Part shown: one piece after another, positions 30,149 to 39,157 of the stretch
Position numbering within the stretch: the stretch's first letter is position 1
Layout: each line of letters starts with the position of its first letter
NCBI GenBank assembly: GCA_022361275.1
Contig: JAKSBE010000573.1
Span: 3,882-67,881, forward strand
DNA length: 64,000 nt
Direction: 5' to 3'
Origin: Kiloniellales bacterium
GTDB taxonomy: Bacteria; Pseudomonadota; Alphaproteobacteria; Kiloniellales; JAKSBE01
Translations under genes and position numbers: made by a program
Notes under the pieces: model-generated
Told to the model about the DNA's origin: nothing
The model's database searches: none
The model's input: the letters and a program-made list of their open reading frames with translations, nothing else

Positions 30149-31015
30149 TCAGCCGTCGCTGGTCCGGTTTGTTTCGTTTGCAACGATGAGCTCGACACCA
30201 GCTGCTTCGATGGCAGCCATCAGGCCCCCTACGGGCCTGTCGTCGGTGATGAGCGTGTCGATGGCTTCGAGCGGTGCAGTCAGGAAATGCCCCTCCAGAT
30301 TGAAGCCCGAGGAGTCGCAGACCCAAATGCATCGCCGTACGCAGCCCATGATGCGGCGCTTCAGTCTGCTCAAGAACTCGAGCGCATCGACGAGGCCGCG
30401 GCTGGCACAGAGGCCGTGAACTCCGAGGATCGCGAGGTCAAACAACCGACCGTCTATGGCATCGAAGACGGCATCGCCTTGGAGAATCCGATGCGCCTGA
30501 TGATATCGCCCGCCAGTCAGATGAATCTCATGCTCACTCGCGCCGATGAGAGCATCCGCGACGGCCGGCATGTGAGTCATGACACGAAGCCGCGGGCCGT
30601 CAGCGAGTCGCCGGGCGATCGGGATCAAAGGGCTGCCGCCGCTCAGATAGACCCATTGGTCTTGCTCGACGTAGCGCGTAATAACCTTGGCTATCACTTC
30701 AGTTCCGTCTGGGTTCATCTGCATACGGACATGAAGCGGCGGAATGTCCCGCCCGAGGGGAACCGCACCACCGTAGACGCGCTTCAGGCGGCCCGCGCTT
30801 TCGAGCTGTTTGAGGTCCCGGCGGATCGTCTCGGTCGATACGCCCAACTCGTCGGCAACTGAGGCAGCCTTGACCGCACGATCCTCCATCAGGCGTTCGA
30901 GGATTCGTCGATGCCGAGCCTCCGTAAGCGCTCCCAAGGTTACCTCACCCCATCGCCTTCTGAAATTGCGCACGGTCCTGCGCGCAGCCGGTCGGTGAGG
31001 GATGTAGGTAATCAT
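30149..31015 (-). CDS. DeoR-family transcriptional regulator
   Basis: HRRILERLMEDRAVKAASVADELGVSTETIRRDLKQLESAGRLKRVYGGAV HTH plus a DeoR C-terminal sensor domain. Start may be internal. Confidence 0.8.
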   Translation of the reverse strand: MITYIPHRPAARRTVRNFRRRWGEVTLGALTEARHRRILERLMEDRAVKAASVADELGVSTETIRRDLKQLESAGRLKRVYGGAVPLGRDIPPLHVRMQMNPDGTEVIAKVITRYVEQDQWVYLSGGSPLIPIARRLADGPRLRVMTHMPAVADALIGASEHEIHLTGGRYHQAHRILQGDAVFDAIDGRLFDLAILGVHGLCASRGLVDALEFLSRLKRRIMGCVRRCIWVCDSSGFNLEGHFLTAPLEAIDTLITDDRPVGGLMAAIEAAGVELIVANETNRTSDG

Positions 31016-31123
31016 ATATTGTGAAATATATTTTACAGTTTGTTGTAGTTTATGGGTTTTGTGGAGTTCGGGCTGGACAAGGCTGCGCTCCGGGGTATGT
31101 AGTCGCGCGGTGTCAACGACAGC

Positions 31124-32230
31124 TTGCTGAGAGCGTCCGTGAGCCAGCTTTTCTCGCCGATCTTCCTGCGCGGCCTTGAGTTACCCAATCGCATCGTCGT
31201 TGCGCCGATGTGCCAGTACGCGGCCGAAGAGGGCAGCATGAACGACTGGCACCTGATGCACCTGGGCCAGTTCGCGCTTGGGGGAGCAGGTCTGGTCTTC
31301 ACCGAGGCGATCCACGTCTCCGCCGAGGGCCGCATTACGCCACGCTGTGCCGGTCTCTGGAACGATGCGCAGGAACGCGCCACGGCACGAGTCCTCGATT
31401 TCTGCCGTTCCTGGGGTTTGGCAAAGCTGGGCGTCCAACTGGCTCACGCCGGCCGCAAGGCGTCCTGCCACACGCCGCTGAAGGGCAGGCGACCGCTGGC
31501 TATGACCGAAGGCGCTTGGCCGATCGTTGGGCCCTCCGCCCTGCCCTACGCGCCGGGCTGGCACGTGCCGACCGAGCTAGATCGCGCGGGCATGACCGGG
31601 ATTCGCGAGGACTTCGTGCAGGCGACGGAGCGCTGCCTTCGCCTTGATGTCGATGTTCTGGAACTGCACGTCGGCCACGGCTATCTGCTGAATCAGTTCT
31701 TCTCGCCGCTGTCCAACAAGCGTGGCGACGCCTATGGCGGCAGCCTGGAAAAGCGGATGCGCTTTCCTCTGGAGGTGTTCGAGGCTGTACGTCGAGCCTG
31801 GCCTATGGCTCGACCCTTGGGCGTCCGGATCAGCGCGGTCGACTGGATCGAAGGTGGCACGACGATCGAGGATACGGTGGCGTTCGCCCAAGCTTTGGAG
31901 GACCTTGGCTGCGACTTTATCGACCTCACCTCCGGTGGTGTGGCGCCGCAGCAGACGGTCGAGGTCGGCCCCGGCTACCAAGTCGGCTTCTCGGCGGCAG
32001 TCAAGGAGGCGGTCGAAATCGCGGTCATGGCCGTCGGAATGATCAACCGGGCCCGGCAGGCGGAGGCGATCATCGCCGAAGGCCGAGCCGACTTGGTCAT
32101 GCTCGCCAGGGGCATGATGTACGATCCCCGCTGGGCCTGGCACGCGGCCCGGGAGCTGGAGGTCGAGATCGCTTACCCTGACCAGTACGTCCGCTGTCAT
32201 CCTGCGCGCTGGCCTCAGGCATTTGAGTAG
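31124..32230 (+). CDS. NADH:flavin oxidoreductase (Old Yellow Enzyme family)
   Basis: LPNRIVVAPMCQY...GAGLVFTEA...QLAHAGRKAS...LHVGHGYLLNQFFSPLSNKR are typical OYE motifs. Non-ATG (TTG) start as given in the track. Confidence 0.85.
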   Translation: MLRASVSQLFSPIFLRGLELPNRIVVAPMCQYAAEEGSMNDWHLMHLGQFALGGAGLVFTEAIHVSAEGRITPRCAGLWNDAQERATARVLDFCRSWGLAKLGVQLAHAGRKASCHTPLKGRRPLAMTEGAWPIVGPSALPYAPGWHVPTELDRAGMTGIREDFVQATERCLRLDVDVLELHVGHGYLLNQFFSPLSNKRGDAYGGSLEKRMRFPLEVFEAVRRAWPMARPLGVRISAVDWIEGGTTIEDTVAFAQALEDLGCDFIDLTSGGVAPQQTVEVGPGYQVGFSAAVKEAVEIAVMAVGMINRARQAEAIIAEGRADLVMLARGMMYDPRWAWHAARELEVEIAYPDQYVRCHPARWPQAFE

Positions 32231-32434
32231 TGAGAAGGAAGCTCTAGCCAAGCACGTTACCGTAACCTTAGTCATATGCCCTTCAGGGCATGCCAAAGAC
32301 AAGGCCTCATGGCGCAGCTTGGCGTCGGCCGATCCACTCCCGCCGCGCCTTGAGAACCTGCGCGCGCCCTCGTTCTTCCGCACGTGCTATGCTAGAATGC
32401 CGCCAGGGTGTCGGGATCGTCAGAAATTATGACC

Positions 32435-32860
32435 CCTAGCCACGAAAACAGTTCTCGTTGTGCCAGCTCAGGACGGTCGGAGCCGGCCTTTTTGTAGCCT
32501 GTCCAGCGCTGCTATAAGCCGACCGTGCAGCGCGTAGTATTCTCGGCCATTTTCGAACTCCTCCTTGATCCGCCGGCTGACCTCGAAATGGAGGTCGGGT
32601 GTCACGGTGACGTAGCCAGCATCGAACAGGCTATGGATGTCACGCCGGAGCAACAGCTCGTTTCGCGCCTCGTGCGCGCCGCTGGCGCCGTACGGACGAA
32701 TATGGGCAGCCTCAAGCGCCGGCAGGGTCCGCTCCCGCGTCACCGCGCAGCGTCACTGGTAGATGTCCGTCACCAGAACACCGAAGGCTCCCTGCCCGAG
32801 GCGCAGCCGGATAAGATGCGGCTCGCTGAGCGGCCCGTTGCAGGTATGCTCTTCGCGGGT
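32435..32860 (-). pseudogene. HNH nuclease (PF13391-like) pseudogene
   Basis: Minus-strand reading gives RLGQGAFGVLVTDIYQ-stop-RCAVTRERTLPALEAAHIRPYG...LLLRRDIHSLFDAGYVTV. In-frame TGA at 32753-32755. A frameshift near 32468 precedes the expected C-terminal LSWHNENCFRG (stop at 32435). Confidence 0.6.
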
Positions 32861-33323
32861 TGGTGTTCCCCTTGCCGCGCGCCGCATTGCGCTGTGTGGG
32901 CGCGAACGAGTCCGCTCCCAGCGTTTCCATCAGTTCGTTGAGGGAAACGCCGTTCACCATCGTCCCTGCCGGCCGGTGCCTCATGCCAACCGCGCGGCCG
33001 AAAACGCGAATGTCGTTCGGGTCACGGGTCAGCCGGGCGATGAAAATGACCGCGTCATCCTTGACGCCGCTCGGACGCTTGGAGGCGGGATAGGCGACGG
33101 CCCAGTGGCAACCCGCCCGCTTGATCTCCTCAATGGTGGGGAACAACAGCGAAATGCGATTGTCGCCTTCCCCCAGGAACTTCACGAAGGCCTGTGGCGC
33201 ATCGGACACATCCGCCAGCACCCGAATGGGCGATGGGCCGGCAACGCTGGCATCGGCCCCGAAATGCCCGAGGTCACCTTGTTTGCTCGGCCAGCCGCCC
33301 AATGCGCGATGGTAAGTGACGGT

Positions 33324-33789
33324 CTGCTCCTTCTCCCAGAAGCGATCGAGGTCGGCCAGGCGCGCCTTGAGCGCGGTGCCGACGATCTCGTCAGTTGCCG
33401 CCACGGCTTCCGCCAGCTTGGCTTCGGCCTCAGCACGAACCGCCGCCGCCTTCGCCTGCCACCGCGGCTGAATAAGCTGGAGCATGCGAGCGCAGGTGAT
33501 CTTGTCGATGCACACCAGCATCGACTTGCCCGACTCCCAACGGGTCGCGCAGTGCTCGACGAAATCTGCCGCGATCTTGTGGAGCCCGCTCGTCGGCGGT
33601 GATCACCTCGTAGTCCTGGTCCAGCAGCTTGTCGAGCAGCGCCTCCTGGTCGGGGTCCAACTCGGCTTCCTCGATCTTCGCCGCGATGCGGTCTTTCAGG
33701 TCGGTCCGAGTCACGCCCAGCTTCTCGTCCCGGTTCTCGTAGACCAGCTTAACGGTGGCGCCGTCCTCCACGGATCTCTTGAAATCGTA
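33324..33789 (-). pseudogene. type I restriction enzyme R subunit (HsdR) internal fragment, frameshifted
   Basis: YDFKRSVEDGATVKLVYENRDEKLGV...DYEVITADER, then after a 1-nt frame change near 33585, LHKIAADFVEHCATRWESGKSMLVCIDKITCARM. No helicase N-terminal or C-terminal parts present. Confidence 0.6.
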
Positions 33790-33912
33790 GCATGAGACGT
33801 AGCTGGCCGATATGAGTGTATGAGTGCACAGCCTAGCCTGCCCGAGACGCCTCGACAGGCTGTGCAGCCGGGCGTCTCGCGGCGCGAGAGAAAGCGAAAG
33901 GGACGAAACGGC

Positions 33913-34809
33913 ATGGCGACCGAGGCGACGGTCGGACGGGCGGCGGAGGAGCGGATTCCCCTGGGGATCGCCTACGCCTGCCTGGGCATGTTCTGCGTGT
34001 CCGGGCTCGACGCCTTGGCCAAGCTGCTGGGCGAGGGCTATGGCGTCATCCAGATCATGTTCTTCCGCAACTTCTTCGGCCTCTTCCTCATCGCCGCCCT
34101 GGTCTGGCGCGACGGCGGGATCGCGACCCTGCGCAGCGCGCAGCCGGGCCTGCACGGCATCCGCGCGGCCTGCGGCCTGGCGGCGGGCCTGACGTTCTTC
34201 ACCGGATTGCAGTTCATGCCCCTGGCCGAGGCCTTCGCCATCACCTTCGCCGGGCCGGTCTTCATCGCTGCGCTCTCGGTGCCGCTGCTGGGCGAGCGGG
34301 TCGGAGCGCGGCGCTGGGCCGCGATCCTGATCGGCTTCGCCGCGGTCATGCTGATCCTGCGCCCCGGCAGCACGGCCTTCCAGCCGGCGGCGCTGCTGCC
34401 GCTGGGCGCGGCCTTCGCCTATGCCCTGGTGATGATCCTGTCGCGACGGCTGTCGCGTGCGGACAGCCCGGCGGCGATCCTGTTCTGGACCGCGTTCATC
34501 GGCATGGTCGTCACGGCGGCCCTGCTGCCCTTCGACTGGCGGCCCCCGACGCCGCGGGACTGGCTGTTCTTCGTCGGGCTGGGGGTGGCCGGCAGCCTGG
34601 GCATGCTGTTCATGGTCCAGGCCTACCGCCACGCGCCGGCCGCGGCGGTCGCGCCCTTCGACTACACCGTGATGATCTGGGGCCTGATCCTCGGCTGGCT
34701 GATCTGGCGGGAGCTGCCCGACGCCGGGATCTGGCCGGGCGTCGGTCTGCTGGTCGGCTGCGGGCTCTACATCATCCACCGCGAGGCGCGGCGCGCCCGC
34801 TCCGGCTGA
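33913..34809 (+). CDS. DMT-superfamily (EamA-like) transporter
   Basis: Ten hydrophobic spans in two EamA repeats. ATG verified at 33913. Confidence 0.8.
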   Translation: MATEATVGRAAEERIPLGIAYACLGMFCVSGLDALAKLLGEGYGVIQIMFFRNFFGLFLIAALVWRDGGIATLRSAQPGLHGIRAACGLAAGLTFFTGLQFMPLAEAFAITFAGPVFIAALSVPLLGERVGARRWAAILIGFAAVMLILRPGSTAFQPAALLPLGAAFAYALVMILSRRLSRADSPAAILFWTAFIGMVVTAALLPFDWRPPTPRDWLFFVGLGVAGSLGMLFMVQAYRHAPAAAVAPFDYTVMIWGLILGWLIWRELPDAGIWPGVGLLVGCGLYIIHREARRARSG

Positions 34810-34820
34810 AGCCCCCGCGG

Positions 34821-35825
34821 TCACGCCCCGCTTCGGACGCGGTCGGCGATCAGGCTGACGATCTCGAAGAGGACGGCGGTCGCGACGTGGGCGGTGATCT
34901 TGTTCGGCTGGTCCTTGGTCGGCATCAGGCAGACGACGTCGCCGCCGATCACGTTCTTGCCGCGCAGCGACTGCAGCAGCTCCGTGACCTGGTTCATCCG
35001 GAAGCCCTCGACGCCGGCCTCGAGGTTGGCCACCCCGGGGGCGACCGTCGGGTCCAGGCAGTCGAGATCGAAGGTGACGTAGAGCGGCGCGTCCCCGGTC
35101 CGCCGGTCGATGATCTCCTTGCAGCACGCCGGGCCCAGCTCGTGGTAGCGCTCCATGGTGATCACCTCGTAGCCCAGCTCGTGGCTCGGCTCGAGCCAGT
35201 CGAGCGTGCGGACGTTGCCGCGGATGCCGATCTGCACGCTGCGGGTCGCGTCGACGTGGCCGTCGCGCACCAGGTAGCTGGCCCAATGCGCCGCCGACTT
35301 CACCGCGCCCAGGAAGTGATCCAGGTTGTGATAGGAGTCCGTGTGGGCGTCGAAGTGCAGCAGGACCGCCTTCTCGCCCCCGGTCAGCCCGGCCCCCGGC
35401 CCGGCGATGGCCTGCAGGACGCCGCCGGTGATCGAGTGGTCGCCGCCGACCGAGACCGGCCGCGCCCCTGCGGCGTCGATCCGCCGGTAGAACGCGACCA
35501 TGCGCGCGACCGATTTCTCGTTGTCGTTGCCCTCGGGCAAGGGCACGTCGCCCAGGTCGTGGATCCGGCAGGCCGTCCAGGGATCCAGCCCGTATTTCAT
35601 GTGGACCCGCCGGCCCAGCGCCGAGACGTCGCGCACCGCCCGCGGGCCCAGGTGCTGATCGCGCTCGGTGGTCCCGTTGCCGGTGCTGTGCGGCACGCCG
35701 ACCAGGGCAACGTCGCAGGCGGCGGGATCCTCGTTGTAGGGACAGCGGAAAAGGGTCGGGACGCCCCACCAGTAGAGCCCCTCCACCATGACCTTCTGGG
35801 CGAGCAGATCGCGATCTTCGGACAT
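34821..35825 (-). CDS. agmatinase / ureohydrolase family protein
   Basis: GGDHSITGG, HFDAHTDSY and VTFDLDCLDP are Mn-binding arginase-fold motifs. AGGGAGGA RBS precedes the ATG at 35825. Confidence 0.85.
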   Translation of the reverse strand: MSEDRDLLAQKVMVEGLYWWGVPTLFRCPYNEDPAACDVALVGVPHSTGNGTTERDQHLGPRAVRDVSALGRRVHMKYGLDPWTACRIHDLGDVPLPEGNDNEKSVARMVAFYRRIDAAGARPVSVGGDHSITGGVLQAIAGPGAGLTGGEKAVLLHFDAHTDSYHNLDHFLGAVKSAAHWASYLVRDGHVDATRSVQIGIRGNVRTLDWLEPSHELGYEVITMERYHELGPACCKEIIDRRTGDAPLYVTFDLDCLDPTVAPGVANLEAGVEGFRMNQVTELLQSLRGKNVIGGDVVCLMPTKDQPNKITAHVATAVLFEIVSLIADRVRSGA

Positions 35826-36513
35826 TGCGTCCTCCCTGAACGAGTCGATGGCTCTTTTCAGGAAGGCTAGGCGAGACCGCCCCCGGTGATCAACGCTCCG
35901 CCGCCGCGGGTTTCGCGCCAAGTCAGATTGCCGCCGGATAGGTAATGCGAACACGGGTTTCGCGGGCTATCCGTACTTTTTCGGCGATGTTCCCTTCGGC
36001 ATCGCTGCGGACCTCGCCTCTTGGCGTACCGGCATCGCGACCTTGAAGAATTCAGGCCTACGCGCCCGACGCCTGGCCGCCGACGCTCCTGTGGTTGATC
36101 TCGTCTTGAACATGGTTGGGCTCGTCCCTACTCATAACTGATGTTCCGCAGATCCGCCCGCCCTGTGCTTTGTCGCCACACCGTCCCGGCGGCCCAGGGC
36201 GCCGGCAGCAGCCGCCTTGCGGAACGCCTGACACCGCATGGTCCCGCGCCGACAGCGCTAAAAATGCTGCGGGGTCGGGATATGTCGCATCCGGTCGCGA
36301 ATGCCGACCATCGGCACGAGACGGCACGACCCTTCGTTGAGGTGAAGATATTGCGAAGTGGTGAAAAGACCGAAACAACATAGTAAGTAGCTTTAGACTT
36401 ACTCGGCTTTTTCTATGCTCGGGTGATTGGAATACGACCCTTCGCCAGGGGACGAGCTTTGCAGGTTTCAGGGGGCAAGTTTTAGGGGGCAAGTTTTAGG
36501 GGGATCGTGCGGC

Positions 36514-38319
36514 ATGGATGGCCGTCAAGATTATCTTCACGCTTTGCCGGAGGGGTACCGTCTCCAGGACTACGAGATTTCTCGCGTCTTGGGACACGGC
36601 AGCTTCGGCATCACCTACCTCGGATATGACCGCCGGCTGGACTGCGCGGTGGCGATCAAGGAGTATCTGCCGAGCGATTGGGCCGTCCGGCACGAGGGGG
36701 TGACGGTCCGTCCGCGAAGTCCTGAGGACAAAGAGAGATTCGAATGGGGGCTTGATCAGTTCATCCAGGAAGCGCGCACCCTTGAGAAATTCCGTTACGA
36801 AACCGTCATCCGCATACGACATTGCATCGTCGAGAATTCGACCGCCTATTTGGTGATGGATTACGCGGAGGGCGAAACCCTGTCGGCCTTCCTGAAGCGC
36901 AAAGGCCCCCTTGATGAAGCGACCCTGAAGAGCATGCTGCTCCCAATCTTGGACGGCTTGGAGAAGGTCCATGAGACCGGTTTTCTGCACCGGGACATCA
37001 AGCCGTCGAATATCATCATCCGGACCGATGGCATTCCGGTTCTGATTGATTTCGGGGCGGCCCGTCAGGCGATCGGCGACAAGAGCCGCGCCCTGACCGC
37101 CATTTTGACGCCGGGCTATGCCCCTATCGAGCAGTATGGCGATGACGCCGGCGAGCAAGGGCCGTGGACGGATATCTATGCCCTTGGCGCGGTGGCCCAT
37201 GAGGCCCTGACGGGGAAACGCCCGAAGGAAGCGGCGCAGCGGGTTCGCAACAGGACCCATGTCCCTTTGACCGAAGCGGCGGAGGGACGGGCCGCCCCCC
37301 ATGTGCTCGCCGCGATCGACGCAGCGCTTGCCGTCGATGAAACCGACCGTCCACAGAGCATCGGCGAATGGCGCCGGATGCTCCTGGCCGAGGAACCGGC
37401 GACCACCCTTCAGCCAAGTTCGACTGTCGGTGAAGCCACCAGAATCTCCGAGCCGGTCGCCGGTGCCGGGAAGACCCAAAGCGAGCCAGCGGCCGGCGGG
37501 AGATCTCCGGCCTCTTACGGAAAATACGGCGCCGTCGCGGCCGTTGCTCTCATCGCCTTGGGAGCGCTCTTTGCGGCCCGTCAAGCGGGCCTGATAAACA
37601 CGCCGGAACCACCGGTTGAGGCGACCGCGCCCTCGTCGTCTGCATCTCCAGCCGCTCCTCCGGTCGATCCGGCGGTTAATCCGCGACCAGAGGTCTTTAC
37701 AGTCGCGAAAGACGGATCTGCCGATTTCGAGACCATTTCCAAGGCTATCGCCGAAGCGCCCGAGGGCGGCATGGTCCGGATCAAAAGCGGCACCTATCGC
37801 GAAACCCTGGTCCTGAACCGGACACTTCACTTGGAAGGCGTCGGCAATCGCGCCGATATCGTGATCGTATCCGATCAAAGCGATGTCTTGAAAATTGAAG
37901 GCGGCAGCGGCAGCGTCAAGAATCTGACCTTTAAGTATGATGGACAGAACGAAGACCACGCCACGGCCTGGATCACGGGTGGAGCCTATTTGATCGAAGA
38001 CTGCGGTTTTTCCAGTAAAGCGAGCGTCGGCATATACGTCGAAGGGGGTGAGCCAACCCTGAAGGACAACTTCATTCACGACACTCGGTATAGCGCCCTT
38101 AACATTCGCGAGACGGCAGGCGGCACCTACACGGGTAACCATATCTTCAACGCAGGCTTCAAAAGCCCGGATCCGAACTCCGATATCCCGGAATATCCGG
38201 CGGTTTTTCTCAGCCCTCAGTCAGAGGCACGTTTCTTGGACGATAACCGGATTGACGGTGAGGGTTATCCCATCGTCTACCCGGGGCTTAAGGGACAGTC
38301 CCGTGCAGTTGCCCCTTAG
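36514..38319 (+). CDS. transmembrane Ser/Thr protein kinase with extracytoplasmic beta-helix-like domain
   Basis: Hanks kinase motifs (GHGSFG, AIKEYLP, HRDIKPSNIII, DFGAAR, TPGYAPIEQ), one TM (YGAVAAVALIALGALFAA), then about 220 aa beginning VAKDGSADFETISKAIAEAPEGGMVRIKSGTYRETLVL, typical of the cap of pectin-lyase-fold / NosD-like beta-helices. Confidence 0.85.
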   Translation: MDGRQDYLHALPEGYRLQDYEISRVLGHGSFGITYLGYDRRLDCAVAIKEYLPSDWAVRHEGVTVRPRSPEDKERFEWGLDQFIQEARTLEKFRYETVIRIRHCIVENSTAYLVMDYAEGETLSAFLKRKGPLDEATLKSMLLPILDGLEKVHETGFLHRDIKPSNIIIRTDGIPVLIDFGAARQAIGDKSRALTAILTPGYAPIEQYGDDAGEQGPWTDIYALGAVAHEALTGKRPKEAAQRVRNRTHVPLTEAAEGRAAPHVLAAIDAALAVDETDRPQSIGEWRRMLLAEEPATTLQPSSTVGEATRISEPVAGAGKTQSEPAAGGRSPASYGKYGAVAAVALIALGALFAARQAGLINTPEPPVEATAPSSSASPAAPPVDPAVNPRPEVFTVAKDGSADFETISKAIAEAPEGGMVRIKSGTYRETLVLNRTLHLEGVGNRADIVIVSDQSDVLKIEGGSGSVKNLTFKYDGQNEDHATAWITGGAYLIEDCGFSSKASVGIYVEGGEPTLKDNFIHDTRYSALNIRETAGGTYTGNHIFNAGFKSPDPNSDIPEYPAVFLSPQSEARFLDDNRIDGEGYPIVYPGLKGQSRAVAP

Positions 38320-38394
38320 GCCCGTGTTTCCAATCGCGGGCCCAGCTTCCCGACCCGATGAGGTTCGGACCACCAAGTAAAGGCTTAGGACCGA

Positions 38395-39051
38395 ATGAGT
38401 ATCAAGCCGTCTCGGCTCGTTGTGACAGTTCTATCGCTGGCGGCCCTATGGGGCCTGGGCGTCTCCTTCGCCCAGGCCGGGGCCGAGCGTGGGTCCATCC
38501 ACGTCGCACAGGACCGAAAACCATCCGCCGTCATCGTAGAGCCTCGAGGCGTTGCGGGTGATGACCTCTCGCCCGCGGTCTTCGCGGGGGACCGAGGGCT
38601 CCAGGGGTTGGAGCTCTGGACCGAAAGCGGAAGATACCCCCTTGACGGATACGAGGAGAAGTATCTGCTGCTGCATTTTTGGGCGACTTGGTGCGCCCCT
38701 TGTATTGTGGAGTTGCCGGACCTCCTGGCCTTCATGGATTCGAGGGACGGCAGAAGAGCAATGGCGGAGCGCGATATCAGGGTCCTTTTGATAAGCCAGG
38801 ATTTCCAGTTATCCCACGCCCGGGGCTTCCTCGAGCGGAATAACATACCTGAGTTCACTGTTATGCTGGATGACGACCGAAAGATAATTAGGCGCCTGCT
38901 AGATGGAGAGAGCTATCAGCTTCCGATGACCCTGCTTGTGCAGGGGGGAAGCGGAGAGATCCTGTGGCGCCACGACGGCCCGTTGGAGTGGAGACAGTCA
39001 TCCCGCTGGCTGCAAGACATGGATCGAGACTTGGGCCATGGGCGGCAGTGA
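38395..39051 (+). CDS. TlpA/ResA-like periplasmic thiol:disulfide oxidoreductase
   Basis: Signal peptide. YLLLHFWATWCAPCIVELP contains a thioredoxin CxxC motif in the TlpA context. Confidence 0.8.
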   Translation: MSIKPSRLVVTVLSLAALWGLGVSFAQAGAERGSIHVAQDRKPSAVIVEPRGVAGDDLSPAVFAGDRGLQGLELWTESGRYPLDGYEEKYLLLHFWATWCAPCIVELPDLLAFMDSRDGRRAMAERDIRVLLISQDFQLSHARGFLERNNIPEFTVMLDDDRKIIRRLLDGESYQLPMTLLVQGGSGEILWRHDGPLEWRQSSRWLQDMDRDLGHGRQ

Positions 39052-39157
39052 AGCCGTTTTGCGATCCGCGCTCGCGGATGTTGCGGATGTTCATGACTGT
39101 GTCCACGCCCGGACCAGTCTGCCTTCGAATCTGTCGAGAGTAGGAGGGAGCCAACTT

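Noticed and set aside
35826-36513. ORFs 36058..36492 (minus), 36116..36340 and 36141..36383 (plus) in the gap upstream of the kinase.
   Set aside because: They have no motifs, poor codon bias and overlap one another. The region is treated as non-coding or junction DNA.
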